DNA of 64,000 bases from an uncultured virus (IMG/VR IMGVR_UViG_2867919565_000004) (IMGVR_UViG_2867919565_000004:1-64000), one strand, 5' to 3'; positions 48,220-58,765 are shown, counted from the first letter of the stretch. The notes: generated by a model from the letters alone, not told the origin. Numbers and translations: made by a program.

Positions 48220-50418
48220 TCATCTTGTTTCCTGGGCAGCAGTTTCTTTTTCAAAATCGTTTCTCAATTTGATAATGGATGTTGATTTTAAATACCCTCT
48301 GTCCTTTGTCTTAGCCCATGCAAAGAATCTATTGTGCAAAGGAGTGTAAAGGCTTCCTGTGTTAACCATATGCTCATGTTTGTTGCTGATCTTATGCTTT
48401 AATCCCCTCATTTGTTTCCAAAAGTTATAGTAAGGGAGCTTAAGTTTTGTCATGAAGCCGGTAGCATCTTCAATTACATAACCCTCTTCCTCAATTGAAA
48501 AATCTTGTGACACGTCCAGATACCATCTATAGAAATCTGTCCAGTTAGCAAACTCTACAACTTGTTTTTTACACTCAATGTTTAGATGCTCGGCTACAGC
48601 TTTCAATTCCCAATAAGGAAGTTTTGTATACGCAACCTGCCTTTTAACAATATCTAAAAGCACCAGTTTATCTGTGTCGTATTCAATAATATGCGGGTCT
48701 TTTTCTGGAAGTATTACTTCAAAAACGAATGAAACATTGTTAAGCTTCAGGTAAGTTTTGATAAAAGACACTTGATTTTCATTAAAAGATTTGAAAAACA
48801 AATCTTCAACCCATTTGGCATGTTCGTTTGATAATTGAGACGTAAAGGATTTAGAAGTGAATACCAACTGATCTGACAAAGAGTCATACCCTACAGTTCC
48901 TAAATATCCATTTGCCTTATCGAAGACTGTTACTGGAAACTTCATCTTATCTACGAGATGATGCATTCTTGTTTCAGATCGTTCTCCAATGTTGAAAAAT
49001 TTATCATAGCTTCTGCTTACAATTTCATTGCTCTCAGTGTTAATAAACAAACCTCTTGCCTTAATATTTGTTTCATCCCACTTTTTCTTTCTAAATGCTT
49101 GCTTTGTAAAATTAAATGATGAGATATTGTTTGGCATCTTGTTCTCTTGGACATATTCATGATTACGTAAGTGAGAAACCAAATCATCAATTGTTCCAAC
49201 AGTTACACTGTTACTCTGCACATCACTTGAAATTTCTTTAAAGACTTTATTCTTCACTTCATGCGTTTCAATTCCGTTCTCAGACAGTGTAACGACCCTA
49301 AGGTGACCTCCTCTTTCCACTTGCCCTTCCAGGTTATATGATCTTTCTGCTGCTAACACAGGCAGACGGTACATGTTTCTATGTCCATGAATTTGTACAA
49401 CATTTTGACCCGCAGTATTATTTGCAAATTCATAATCAATATCGTCTGAATAATCTCCAACTCCATTGATGAATTGTGTTGTTGCAGTCATTAAAAGATT
49501 TTCAGGTACGGTTGAAACTCCTCCATGGGTTACAATGTATGTAGTGTTTTTATATGTAAAGTAAACTAACTGATGAAACTTCCTGGCCAACTGCCTAATG
49601 TCTTTTTTATCAATGTTGGATTGTTCGATTTCTGGCTTAGTTTTGTTGTTAAATGTGTTGCTAGGTGTTTCTTCATCATTCCCATACATATTGATATACC
49701 TATCGTGATTTCCTTCCAGAATAATCACATTTTTATTATCTTTAATTTTGATCATGAATTCTAACAGCTGTGCATTTTCAATACCTCTGTCAATAAGATC
49801 TCCTACAAAGATGTATAGTTCAGTTTCATTTAAATCACCGTTTAGGTACTCTTGAAGCACAGTATTGCACCCATGAACATCTCCGAAAATATGTATCTTT
49901 TTATAATCGTTAAAGCATCTCGGCTTATAGGTCATCGTGTTTTCAAACTCATCCGGCTTTAGAACGGTTACCCAAGATGGCACTTTTTCTGTTGTCATTC
50001 TTTCATAAATATTTCGAATACTGCTTTCAGGAACATGCTTATGTTCAGCCCTCATTTTATTTCTTTTTAAGATTCTCCGAACATCAACATCAGAAAAATC
50101 AACTACATATACACGGTATCTATATTTTTGAGCTAGTGGCTTATATCTTGAAATCATACTTTGCTTTGAATGAGTTGCATCGACAATTGTGAATTCACCG
50201 CGATCCATCCTGTCTTCAAGCAATTTCATTAATAAATCCCACACCTTGTTGTCGTGTTTTGGAGAGATTTCATATTTTCCACCTTTGTTTAACACAGGTG
50301 ACTGAAACAGTAGCCTGATATTGTCTGCAGAAAGTGTGTATTGCTCAAGCCCATTTTCTTTAATCCAAGTTGATTTCCCCACTCCGGGGCAGCCTCTTAA
50401 TAACACTAATGTTCTCAA
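48220..50418 (-). CDS. Trifunctional polynucleotide kinase / metallophosphoesterase / RNA ligase
   Basis: GCPGVGKST; GDVHG, GDLIDRG, GNHD, HGH; KFFN, KANG, FE, EGYVI, KLK. Confidence 0.88.
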   Translation of the reverse strand: MRTLVLLRGCPGVGKSTWIKENGLEQYTLSADNIRLLFQSPVLNKGGKYEISPKHDNKVWDLLMKLLEDRMDRGEFTIVDATHSKQSMISRYKPLAQKYRYRVYVVDFSDVDVRRILKRNKMRAEHKHVPESSIRNIYERMTTEKVPSWVTVLKPDEFENTMTYKPRCFNDYKKIHIFGDVHGCNTVLQEYLNGDLNETELYIFVGDLIDRGIENAQLLEFMIKIKDNKNVIILEGNHDRYINMYGNDEETPSNTFNNKTKPEIEQSNIDKKDIRQLARKFHQLVYFTYKNTTYIVTHGGVSTVPENLLMTATTQFINGVGDYSDDIDYEFANNTAGQNVVQIHGHRNMYRLPVLAAERSYNLEGQVERGGHLRVVTLSENGIETHEVKNKVFKEISSDVQSNSVTVGTIDDLVSHLRNHEYVQENKMPNNISSFNFTKQAFRKKKWDETNIKARGLFINTESNEIVSRSYDKFFNIGERSETRMHHLVDKMKFPVTVFDKANGYLGTVGYDSLSDQLVFTSKSFTSQLSNEHAKWVEDLFFKSFNENQVSFIKTYLKLNNVSFVFEVILPEKDPHIIEYDTDKLVLLDIVKRQVAYTKLPYWELKAVAEHLNIECKKQVVEFANWTDFYRWYLDVSQDFSIEEEGYVIEDATGFMTKLKLPYYNFWKQMRGLKHKISNKHEHMVNTGSLYTPLHNRFFAWAKTKDRGYLKSTSIIKLRNDFEKETAAQETR

Positions 50419-50466
50419 ATTCTATCAACCTTTCTGATTTTTATTTTTTTAAAATGCATCTTTTAA

Positions 50467-50919
50467 TCACTTCTTTGTAGCATAGCTTTCAAAGAATACT
50501 TCAACTGATCTTAGGTAACGGTATTTATTTGGATCTTCCGGATTTCTGAATCTTTTCGATAGCACCAATGACCAATTAAACATCAATGGGGAAAACCTCG
50601 CCCATTTGCTAAAGCTTAACTGAAGACCTTTCCATTCTCTTCCCGCTAATTCTGCTAATTCCAGAATTTGATCTTCTTTTAAATTCACTTCTTCTTCAAA
50701 CATCACTTGAATTTCTTCGTATGGCTTATGCCCAAAACAACAATGACGTGTTTTCAATCCAATCTTGAAATTTAAAATATCAATTAAATTAATCATTTGT
50801 GTATCAAGCTCATCATATGGAATACCATTTTTGAGGAACTTTTCTCTTTGGTTTAGTTTCATATTATCTTTCAATAGCAGATCAAAAGAATTCATACTCA
50901 CTCCGCGCCCTCCTATCAC
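50467..50919 (-). CDS. Hypothetical protein
   Basis: [11 protein letters not shown] motif. Confidence 0.65.
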   Translation of the reverse strand: MIGGRGVSMNSFDLLLKDNMKLNQREKFLKNGIPYDELDTQMINLIDILNFKIGLKTRHCCFGHKPYEEIQVMFEEEVNLKEDQILELAELAGREWKGLQLSFSKWARFSPLMFNWSLVLSKRFRNPEDPNKYRYLRSVEVFFESYATKK

Positions 50920-51113
50920 ATGATAACTTGGCTAACACTTACACCATCCATTTTTATTCCTTCATATTCGTGCTTTATTCTCTGCTTATTATTGATTGAA
51001 CCAATTTCACCTTTGCCGAAACAATCAACGCAAGGAATATCCTTGTCATAAAATTTCCTCCCGTCTTCAACCCATGTAGCGTATCCTGTACCTTCGCAAA
51101 CTGTGCACTTCAT
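50916..51113 (-). CDS. DnaJ-type Zn-finger small protein
   Basis: CTVCEGTG...CVDCFGKG. Confidence 0.7.
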   Translation of the reverse strand: MKCTVCEGTGYATWVEDGRKFYDKDIPCVDCFGKGEIGSINNKQRIKHEYEGIKMDGVSVSQVIM

Positions 51114-51424
51114 AACTCAGCGTCCTCCTTCACGATATATCCCTTTAAAATTGCCTTATTAAGATCATAAGCATGCAAGCTGTTCAACGGTTCAAACAAT
51201 CCAGTCCACGGATAAGTAACACCCATATTAATACCCAGTTGTTTCCCGACGAATTGAAGGCGTGCAAACTCTTTTTTATCTCCTTTGGACAACGCGTTCA
51301 CTCTTTCGGGTTCAGCATCAGCCATTTTTAAATAAAACATCATGCCTTCATCAATAGCCCGCGCCTGTTCCCATGTGACCTCAACCTTATCGTTTGTTTT
51401 GATTGTGATTTTTGTCTTTGTCAT
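51110..51424 (-). CDS. Hypothetical protein
   Basis: Coupled ORF. Confidence 0.65.
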   Translation of the reverse strand: MTKTKITIKTNDKVEVTWEQARAIDEGMMFYLKMADAEPERVNALSKGDKKEFARLQFVGKQLGINMGVTYPWTGLFEPLNSLHAYDLNKAILKGYIVKEDAEL

Positions 51425-51542
51425 TCCGCACCCTCCAATACTTCACCTGGAATCATAGCCCCGCACTCCGGGCATTCGTAAATGTCCATATGCCATAGTT
51501 CTAATTCACTTTCGCCGCAGCTAGGGCAAATAATATCTTCCA

Positions 51543-51755
51543 TCACTCCGCGTCCACCTTCTTCCGTCGCATCGAATTGACAAGCGTTTGAATTTCTCTT
51601 GTGATCCGCTCGGCCTCTTTTGCGCCTTGATCTATCACATTGAGTCTGTTTCGCTTTCTGTAAATCACCGCGTCATGCATGACATTGTTCACCTGTTCGT
51701 TCAATTCATCAAACAGATTGAAAAGTTGAATTGTTTTATCTTTGTATGCCATCAC
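51543..51755 (-). CDS. Hypothetical coiled-coil protein
   Basis: Coupled ORF. Confidence 0.6.
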   Translation of the reverse strand: MMAYKDKTIQLFNLFDELNEQVNNVMHDAVIYRKRNRLNVIDQGAKEAERITREIQTLVNSMRRKKVDAE

Positions 51756-52174
51756 TCCGCGTCCTCCAATAACTCAGGAGTTTCAAAAATGTTTCCGACA
51801 ACCTCGATTTCATCAAGTCGATACCATAAGAACCTATCCAATTGGCTCTTTTTGCTGACATGGTTCATTCTGTCGATACCTTTCCGTCTCTCAATAACAT
51901 AACGGTCAATAACATTTTCTTTGAGTAAAGGATTCACATACGATTCCTCAGTGATATCCTTCTGGTATATATCCTTCCCTTTCTTGTCCTTTAGACCTGT
52001 GCCCCACATGAGAGACGTATTTTTTTGAGTACTAGACGCAATACGGATGGGACAAAGAGCTCCAACGATATTGCGATACACCCTCCATTCTCTACCCGAG
52101 ATAATAAGACTCAGCTCACCATCATCCCAATAATGCATCTTCTCGCCGTCCCACACTCTGTATGCGGTGTTCAT
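51752..52174 (-). CDS. YopX-family protein
   Basis: YRVWDG, LMWGTGLKDKKGKDIY..DI, EVVGNIFETPELL. Confidence 0.85.
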   Translation of the reverse strand: MNTAYRVWDGEKMHYWDDGELSLIISGREWRVYRNIVGALCPIRIASSTQKNTSLMWGTGLKDKKGKDIYQKDITEESYVNPLLKENVIDRYVIERRKGIDRMNHVSKKSQLDRFLWYRLDEIEVVGNIFETPELLEDAE

Positions 52175-52446
52175 AGGAGCGAACCGTCCATGATAAGGAC
52201 TTCAATGTCCGGATTGTTGAAAGTTCCTGAAATATAGGTGTAAGACATAAACTCCCCATCTTCACCCTTCGTTTGTGAATACATAATGAGCGCATAGTCT
52301 CGTTCCACTTCTCGGATTTCATCGTCTTGAAAATTGTCGTAATCGTCCGTGTCAGCAATCTGCTCGTTGTAAATCCTTTCAGCATCCACCTCGTCTTTCG
52401 CTTTGATAAGCGCGTAATATGGATCATTGATTTCATAGAATTTCAT
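52171..52446 (-). CDS. Hypothetical protein, paralog of 18190-18462
   Basis: MKFYEINDPYYALIKA...MDGSLL. Confidence 0.7.
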   Translation of the reverse strand: MKFYEINDPYYALIKAKDEVDAERIYNEQIADTDDYDNFQDDEIREVERDYALIMYSQTKGEDGEFMSYTYISGTFNNPDIEVLIMDGSLL

Positions 52447-52478
52447 TGTTCTTCCCCCTTTACCTTTCTTGATAAAAC

Positions 52479-52703
52479 TTAAATTTTATTTTTATCCTTA
52501 AAATATTCATGCTGATTTACAACATCTCGAAGTATGTATTGTATTTCCTCTAAATTGTCTTTAACAAAGTCCAGGTCTCCTATTGCCATTCTGATTTCAT
52601 TGTTCTCTATGCTGCGCAAAGATCTTTCACATGATGCTAAAAGCTTTGCATATTTCCTTAAAACCATAGTTCTTATTTGATTATTAGTTGGTTCATTCAT
52701 CAA
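52479..52703 (-). CDS. Hypothetical protein
   Basis: AAAGGAG RBS. Confidence 0.6.
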   Translation of the reverse strand: MMNEPTNNQIRTMVLRKYAKLLASCERSLRSIENNEIRMAIGDLDFVKDNLEEIQYILRDVVNQHEYFKDKNKI

Positions 52704-52738
52704 TAATTAAAGCTATCTCCTTTCCTAATTCTAATTCG

Positions 52739-52767
52739 ATTATATAACCTCAACCATAAGTTGTAAA
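52739..52767 (-). promoter_or_regulatory. Strong sigma-A promoter
   Basis: TTTACA-17-TATAAT; A-tract motif just upstream. Confidence 0.7.
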
Positions 52768-52811
52768 TAAATATTTTATTTTTATTCTAATTAATTTTAA
52801 AAAAATCAGCT

Positions 52812-53057
52812 TTACTCATACTGTAAAGCTGCTGTCTTCATAAACGTCTTCATGCCGTCCAATTTCCAAAGAGTTTCATTTATTTTATCTCTAAATTCTA
52901 AAACTGAAGCATGATCCATTCTAATCCTCAAACAATCCCCATTGTTTTTAAAGATAATGTCTATGTAGTACTCTCCACTTTGTATGTTCTTAGAACCAAC
53001 ACTCATAGAAACTGATCTCATAATGTCTTTCAAGTCAATTTCAAGATTAAAATCCAT
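52812..53057 (-). CDS. Hypothetical protein
   Basis: GGAG RBS. Confidence 0.6.
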   Translation of the reverse strand: MDFNLEIDLKDIMRSVSMSVGSKNIQSGEYYIDIIFKNNGDCLRIRMDHASVLEFRDKINETLWKLDGMKTFMKTAALQYE

Positions 53058-53131
53058 TGTATGCTCCAGTCTGACTAAAAAGTCACCAATTTTTTATGTC
53101 TCATGATGACTGACAAGATGTGTATGTGTTT

Positions 53132-53431
53132 TTATTTTAAAGATAACAGTTGAGAAGATTTATAGCTTTCATTTTCAAACGAATCGTCTATTTCTTCGGC
53201 ATAAGAGGTTGTTATTTCAGCATCCTCTGTACACATGATGTCTACATCAAATAGTGCCTCATATTTTTCTTGATTTTTTTGAAGAAACCCCATTTTTCCT
53301 GTTTTATTTTCTAATTTCTTTTTAATTGATTGATATGCGAACAAAAGTGCTTCCTCTTCATTCTTGGCTTTTATTCTGCCGAAAAAAGGAATGCACAGCT
53401 CCCCTTGAATAAAATAATCCTTTTCTGACAT
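53132..53431 (-). CDS. Hypothetical protein
   Basis: GAGGG RBS. Confidence 0.6.
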   Translation of the reverse strand: MSEKDYFIQGELCIPFFGRIKAKNEEEALLFAYQSIKKKLENKTGKMGFLQKNQEKYEALFDVDIMCTEDAEITTSYAEEIDDSFENESYKSSQLLSLK

Positions 53432-53595
53432 ACGTTTCCCTCTCTCTGGTAGTAATTAACCAAACTTACGTTCCCTTTTTGTTGACTTAATTATAACCTT
53501 TTACCTAGTTAGTGGCAAATCTTTTTTCTTTCATTTAAAAACTTGGAAAGAATTGATATAGTATGATAAGCAATACTATAACAGGAGGTTGTCCG

Positions 53596-53817
53596 ATGCT
53601 TGAGGTTGAAATCGGACAATGTTTGATATCCATTCTCCTGGAACGTAGAGGAATGTCCCTAGGGCAACTTTCAAACCTAACAGGCATCAGTAAGCAAAGG
53701 TTAAGTGATTACGCTAATGGCGTTAGACCTTCTATGAATATAAAAACAGCGAGAATCATTGCAATTGCCCTTAACTGTTCGATTGAAGACCTCTATGAAT
53801 GGAAAATCAAACATTGA
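53596..53817 (+). CDS. yopS: XRE-family HTH regulator
   Basis: MSLGQLSNLTGISKQRLSDY; convergent with yopR. Confidence 0.8.
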   Translation: MLEVEIGQCLISILLERRGMSLGQLSNLTGISKQRLSDYANGVRPSMNIKTARIIAIALNCSIEDLYEWKIKH

Positions 53818-54037
53818 CTTAATCGCTAGGGAGTTTGACCTAGCGAACCTCCTTGTACCCTTTTTAGTGTATAGAACTATTTTACTGCATATGTACAAAT
53901 TTGTCTCTGTCTAACTTTGTCGAATTCTGAAAAATATGAACAAAATCCTGATATTTTTCTAAAAATATCACGAGTTAATTCACATTGTTTTTATTTTTAC
54001 TCTAAAAGTTATGTAAAGTTAATCCCTGTAACAGGGA

Positions 54038-55021
54038 TTAAGAATTAGTCTCAATTACTTCAGACTTGATACAATATTTTTCTAAGTTCTCCATGTTCAC
54101 TACTTTCCTCAGTGATTGTGAATTAAACTCCGCGTCTTCATTCAGGAACCCGTATTGTCGAGTTATTTTTTTATAATCAGGTACTTTTAATTCGCCCTTC
54201 TCTTTATATATCTCATACGCCATGTTTAGCTTTCCTGAGTTGATAAGATTCTTAGGTGAAAAGAAGGGTTCTTCTAAAAATTTTTGAAACTGACTAAAAG
54301 AACGGTGAACTAAAAATTTGTCAGCTTTCATACTCTGATTAGAACTCTTATATTTTAGCCTGAAAATATTTTCGCTTTTAACTAATGAAGCAAATTTGTT
54401 TTTAAGTCCACTCTCTGGCGAACCATTGCTAAGATGATATGTTGTTTGGTCATTAGCACGCTTAAGCAGCTCATAACATTTATCGCTTACAGTAATTATT
54501 CTTACACCATGTTTATCATCTACCAGCTTTACCTTGTTATCATCAAGTAAATCGTCACCTGTTAAATTCAGTAACTCTGAATGCTGATAACCATCTATGC
54601 CTTCATAAATAGCCTGTATCATGGCCTTATCCTGATAATTAACCATAAAATCAACATACTCTTCTACTTCTTTATTGGTGAATAGTGTTTTTTTGTTTTT
54701 GTCTATAAACTGCTTTAAGTCACCATCCTGTATCTGATACACTTTGTTAATATTACTGTTTGCCAAGCCATTTTCCATTGCCCAGGTTGTGTATTGTCCA
54801 ATTACAGCTCTTGCTCCTCTTAGTGAATCTATAGATTTGCTGTCCAGATCTAAAAATAACGTACGCAGCTCTTCCAAAGAAAAATTAAATATGTCTTTTT
54901 TAAGTATGTTTTCTGTAGCTGAAAAATCTTTTAGCCTCAGACGATAAAGGTTTCTTGTTACTTCACTTTCGTATTTCTCTAAAAACTTTTCCTTTAATTC
55001 AGCATTATACATTTCACTCAT
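54038..55021 (-). CDS. yopR: Master repressor MrpR/SroF (degenerate tyrosine-recombinase fold)
   Basis: [11 protein letters not shown]..., [15 protein letters not shown]; position. Confidence 0.85.
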   Translation of the reverse strand: MSEMYNAELKEKFLEKYESEVTRNLYRLRLKDFSATENILKKDIFNFSLEELRTLFLDLDSKSIDSLRGARAVIGQYTTWAMENGLANSNINKVYQIQDGDLKQFIDKNKKTLFTNKEVEEYVDFMVNYQDKAMIQAIYEGIDGYQHSELLNLTGDDLLDDNKVKLVDDKHGVRIITVSDKCYELLKRANDQTTYHLSNGSPESGLKNKFASLVKSENIFRLKYKSSNQSMKADKFLVHRSFSQFQKFLEEPFFSPKNLINSGKLNMAYEIYKEKGELKVPDYKKITRQYGFLNEDAEFNSQSLRKVVNMENLEKYCIKSEVIETNS

Positions 55022-55041
55022 ATTAAATTCTCCTTTAAGCT

Positions 55042-56391
55042 TTAAACAACAGCAATTTCATCATAAAATATTTTCTTTAGTTTCTTCTTCATAGCAGTCT
55101 TCAGTTGATTTTCATTATTTCGTCTTCCTAATTCTTCAAACACTCTTCCACTCTTACTAAAGTCAATTGTATTAACGATACTTTCAAGCTTGTTTAGTTC
55201 TACATTGTTTTCCTTCATCTTCTTGGCCAAATAAACATAACCGTAAAACATTACGTTATGATTAATGTATGATTGCTTTCTAATGGACGATAAATCATCT
55301 TCAAGAAATTCATCTGGGAAGGCATAAAAAAGGTTATCAAAAAAGTCGACCAGGTATTTCGCAATTTTCAACGCATCTTTTCGAGATTTCAACTCAAATG
55401 CATCGTCTATAGCTTCGGATAAAGTATAATATGTCACAAGAAAATTGCTATCAACACCAATTTCACTTTGTGGGCTTATTTTATTTTTAAGTTCACTTTT
55501 AAATTTCAGTTGCTCGACCACGGTTGAAGAATAACGTTTTTGTCCTAATTCTTCAATTCTGGATTTTTCAACTGGGTTTATTGTATTCATTTGAGCAAAG
55601 TGAACCTTAGCCTTTTCTTCATCATAATTGAGCACATTTAAAATGAATGGTTGATCTAATTCAGGGACTTCAGCAATGGCCTTAACAATACCTGAAATTC
55701 GATGGTAACCATCTAGAGCATCTAATAAGGTTCCTCGTGTTACAGTGAGGGTTTGATCGCTTAGATCATATTCAACTTCTTCATCACCATCAGATGTTCC
55801 AAGACGAGCGTTAAAAGTTAACATTGATACAATTAAATCGCCTTTGATAAACAATTCTTTGATCTCATCGACTGATTTAGGGTTTGTTTTAGGTACAGGG
55901 ATAAGGCTACCCTTAATGTACTTTCCTTCACGCTGAGTGTTGTAATTATATTGCAGGATGGAGCTATTATATAACTCACTCAGTTCTTTGGCAGTAATGG
56001 AAGTGACATAGTTATCCTCTTTAATTTTAATCACATTTTTAAACTTGTATGGGAGCTTAACTACTTCTTCACCGGCGAATACTCTCCCACCTTCAAGCTC
56101 TTTTGCCAATCTGGTTGGAAAATAATTTGATGGATCTAAAGCTTGCGCTCCAAGAATTGAATACATCTCTTTTGAAACAATGTACACTTCTTTTTCGTTT
56201 AAACGCTGTACGTTGTTATCATTATTATTTAAAATTTCTTGGATATAACCAGGGAGTGCCTTGTATTTGTCCGCCATTGTGGCTTTTAATTCCTTCACCA
56301 TATTGGGATCATTTTTAATATCAATAAGATTTTTCTCTATTTCAGTTTTTAACTTATAAAGTTTATCCGTTGTCAACAAAACATCAGACAC
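55042..56391 (-). CDS. yopQ: YopQ/SroE (ParB/DndB-like)
   Basis: YNYNTQR, LDGYHR, F..MN. Confidence 0.8.
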   Translation of the reverse strand: MSDVLLTTDKLYKLKTEIEKNLIDIKNDPNMVKELKATMADKYKALPGYIQEILNNNDNNVQRLNEKEVYIVSKEMYSILGAQALDPSNYFPTRLAKELEGGRVFAGEEVVKLPYKFKNVIKIKEDNYVTSITAKELSELYNSSILQYNYNTQREGKYIKGSLIPVPKTNPKSVDEIKELFIKGDLIVSMLTFNARLGTSDGDEEVEYDLSDQTLTVTRGTLLDALDGYHRISGIVKAIAEVPELDQPFILNVLNYDEEKAKVHFAQMNTINPVEKSRIEELGQKRYSSTVVEQLKFKSELKNKISPQSEIGVDSNFLVTYYTLSEAIDDAFELKSRKDALKIAKYLVDFFDNLFYAFPDEFLEDDLSSIRKQSYINHNVMFYGYVYLAKKMKENNVELNKLESIVNTIDFSKSGRVFEELGRRNNENQLKTAMKKKLKKIFYDEIAVV

Positions 56392-56467
56392 ATTATCACC
56401 TCACATAATCATATTAAATTTATCATTATTTTCATAAGCAAGTAAAGCTTTTATGTGATTATTTGTA

Positions 56468-57526
56468 TCACTTGTTCAAAAACATTTTAAGTTTACTCTG
56501 TATATACATGTCTGATTTTAAAAAGAATTCTTTATATTGCTCTAAGGTAACATCATCTAAAAAGGACATGTCTTCTTTTTGATCAACCAAAACCCCTGGA
56601 TCTTGAGAATAATCCCTTTCATTGTTTAAATAATGATCATTCAAAACATTGATATTGCTGTGACCAGAGAACGCTGCAACTTTTTTAATATCACCATTAA
56701 CGCTGTAAGAAAAGTTTGTTGCAGTATTGCGTAAACTATGCGGAGTTATCTTTCTTTCTTTTGGAATGCCCATAACTCTACATACGCGATTCCACATATC
56801 CTGTATTGAATCAACTGTTAACTTATGAAATAACAGTTCATGCTCCCCATACTCTTGCTTTAACAGCAACAACTCTTCATAAAAAGCTGTGGAAATTCCA
56901 ACTGGCCTAGCCTTTTTTTGCTTGGTTTTTTTAAAGTTGACGAGATAGCATTGATGCTTTTCTGAATAAGTAATATCATCCCACCCAACTCTAAGCACCT
57001 CTGATTTACGCCCTCCAGTGCGTGCACTAAACAAAATAAACATCTTTTTCATTAATCTGTTCTGCCGCTCAGTAACATACGCTGCCTCAGCAAATTCATC
57101 AGCTTCAGATATTCCTTCAAAAGAGCCTGCTGGGTTCTTTTCTGTTGGAAGAGGCCTAAAATTAAATACAGATGCATCACACTCATGTTCAGATTCAAGA
57201 TACTTAATCATACTTTTCAGTGCGGCAATCTTGTTGTTAATTGTTGAATTGGAGTTACTTTTATTTTTAGCCAAATGGCTTCGATAATCATACAGGTCAC
57301 TCTTCTTGATCGCCAGGTCACTCTCAGTTAAATATTCAATATCCTTGGCAGCATAGTGGTTGAAAAACTCTCTTATATGCCTTTCATACGTGGCTCTAGT
57401 ATTAGACTTTTCAATTTCTCCAGTTTTTTGATCCCTGTTTCTTAAATCTAATTCATCAAACCACCTATTTATGTTGTTGAATATTGAATAATCCCTTAGT
57501 GTTGACGCTTTCTTTTGAGCTTCCAT
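56468..57526 (-). CDS. yopP: Tyrosine recombinase YopP/SroD
   Basis: TGGRKSE, KTK, HSLR, SGH, HY: full catalytic set. Confidence 0.85.
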   Translation of the reverse strand: MEAQKKASTLRDYSIFNNINRWFDELDLRNRDQKTGEIEKSNTRATYERHIREFFNHYAAKDIEYLTESDLAIKKSDLYDYRSHLAKNKSNSNSTINNKIAALKSMIKYLESEHECDASVFNFRPLPTEKNPAGSFEGISEADEFAEAAYVTERQNRLMKKMFILFSARTGGRKSEVLRVGWDDITYSEKHQCYLVNFKKTKQKKARPVGISTAFYEELLLLKQEYGEHELLFHKLTVDSIQDMWNRVCRVMGIPKERKITPHSLRNTATNFSYSVNGDIKKVAAFSGHSNINVLNDHYLNNERDYSQDPGVLVDQKEDMSFLDDVTLEQYKEFFLKSDMYIQSKLKMFLNK

Positions 57527-57537
57527 AATGACACACC

Positions 57538-57702
57538 TCATATCATTTTTTTCATTAAGTATTGATCAAATTCTTTCCACGCAACAATCCATTCATTTTC
57601 ACCTTGAATATTACTCAGCAGCATTATATTGGCGTTACAGATTTCCATTTGCTTTAACATGTCGTATTCTTTAAGAGCGTTAATTAAGATGTCTGTATTC
57701 AT
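57538..57702 (-). CDS. Small sro-operon protein, 54 aa
   Basis: MNTDILINALKEYDMLKQ...; AGGTG RBS. Confidence 0.6.
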   Translation of the reverse strand: MNTDILINALKEYDMLKQMEICNANIMLLSNIQGENEWIVAWKEFDQYLMKKMI

Positions 57703-57740
57703 TTTATCACACCTAATTTATTTTTATCCTATAATAAAAT

Positions 57741-57995
57741 TCAGTTTAGGACATTTACCCTCTCGTCCTTACAGACGTTTATAATTGGCATCCCCGTCAA
57801 TTCCTCATAAAGCTCCTCTTCGAACCCAATCCATTCATCACTTGTCGCTTCTCTTCGTAAGAACTCATTATAAGCAACTGCTATCTCAGGCTGCTCTAGA
57901 AATTTTAAAACGATCATATGCTTTTTCCAAACTTTAGCCTTGTTTTCTTCTGTGTAATATTTATTATTCATTTTAATTTTACTCCTTAAATGCAT
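57741..57995 (-). CDS. Sro-operon protein (phi3T_93/SroB position)
   Basis: MNNKYYTEENKAKVWKKHMIVLKFL; position; true start probably the internal MNNKYY. Confidence 0.6.
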   Translation of the reverse strand: MHLRSKIKMNNKYYTEENKAKVWKKHMIVLKFLEQPEIAVAYNEFLRREATSDEWIGFEEELYEELTGMPIINVCKDERVNVLN

Positions 57996-58216
57996 TTTAT
58001 AGAATTCTTTTGATCTTTAATGAGGTTGTATTCTTTATGGTTTTTTCTCATTGTAGTTACATTATTAGGTGTAAACACATCTGGGTCCTCTAGGTGGAGA
58101 TTGACTCGTGTGAAGTTCTTTAGTTGTTTTATGTATTGATATTGTCTTAATGATGTAATCTTCAACTCTTCTTTTTGAGTGGCACTGGTTGTTTCCATTG
58201 TTTCATCTCCCAACAA
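57986..58216 (-). CDS. First sro-operon protein
   Basis: Downstream of promoter at 58235-58263. Confidence 0.55.
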   Translation of the reverse strand: MLGDETMETTSATQKEELKITSLRQYQYIKQLKNFTRVNLHLEDPDVFTPNNVTTMRKNHKEYNLIKDQKNSIKCI

Positions 58217-58234
58217 CGTTCATCTTGTAACTTC

Positions 58235-58263
58235 ATTATATATGTTCCCAAAATAATATGCAA
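58235..58263 (-). promoter_or_regulatory. Sigma-A promoter of sro operon
   Basis: TTGCAT-17-TATAAT. Confidence 0.7.
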
Positions 58264-58347
58264 TGATTTATTTTATTTTTATTCAAGACAAAAAACACAT
58301 CCCCTACGTATGTGTTAAAATGTCTGCTAATTTGTTTTTAATCCTCA

Positions 58348-58503
58348 TTAGGATACCTTTGCTTTAGATTTTGATCTAACCATTTCTGCTTCATTTTCAA
58401 GATGATTGTCTTCCTGGGAAATTATAAGATTAATAGATGCCATTTCTTCGTAACCTTTGGCCATATCCTCATAAGAAAGTGCTTGTCCGAAATGCTTTTT
58501 CAT
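58348..58503 (-). CDS. aimX: AimX, MazE-mimic, 51 aa
   Basis: MKKHFGQALSYEDMAKGYEEMASINLIISQEDNHLENEAEM...; downstream of aimP and AimR box. Confidence 0.85.
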   Translation of the reverse strand: MKKHFGQALSYEDMAKGYEEMASINLIISQEDNHLENEAEMVRSKSKAKVS

Positions 58504-58515
58504 TTTAATTCCCCC

Positions 58516-58552
58516 ATGTTCTTGTTTTTTATATTATGAATTTCTGGAACAT
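58516..58552. promoter_or_regulatory. AimR operator
   Basis: ATGTTC-25nt-GAACAT, the 6-25-6 architecture of AimR sites. Confidence 0.85.
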
Positions 58553-58569
58553 TCTCTTAAAATTAGAAA

Positions 58570-58598
58570 AGACGCCTGATCCACTGGATCAAACGTCT
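58570..58598 (-). terminator. Hairpin between aimP and aimX
   Basis: agacg-cc-tgatcca-c-tggatca-aa-cgtct followed by T-run on minus strand. Confidence 0.7.
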
Positions 58599-58624
58599 AG
58601 CCAAGTTATGTATTATCTTTGAAG

Positions 58625-58765
58625 TTAAGCCCCACGGCTTGGTGATGCAACTTTTACAGGCTGATCTACATGGTCTACTGATGCTGTCTCAATTGATTGC
58701 TGTCCGGCAACAAATCCAACAGCCATTGCTAACAAGATTACAACTCCAAGAACAATATTTTTCAT
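58625..58765 (-). CDS. aimP: Arbitrium pro-peptide, mature SPSRGA
   Basis: MKNIVLGVVILLAMAVGFVAGQQSIETASVDHVDQPVKVA-SPSRGA. Confidence 0.93.
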   Translation of the reverse strand: MKNIVLGVVILLAMAVGFVAGQQSIETASVDHVDQPVKVASPSRGA

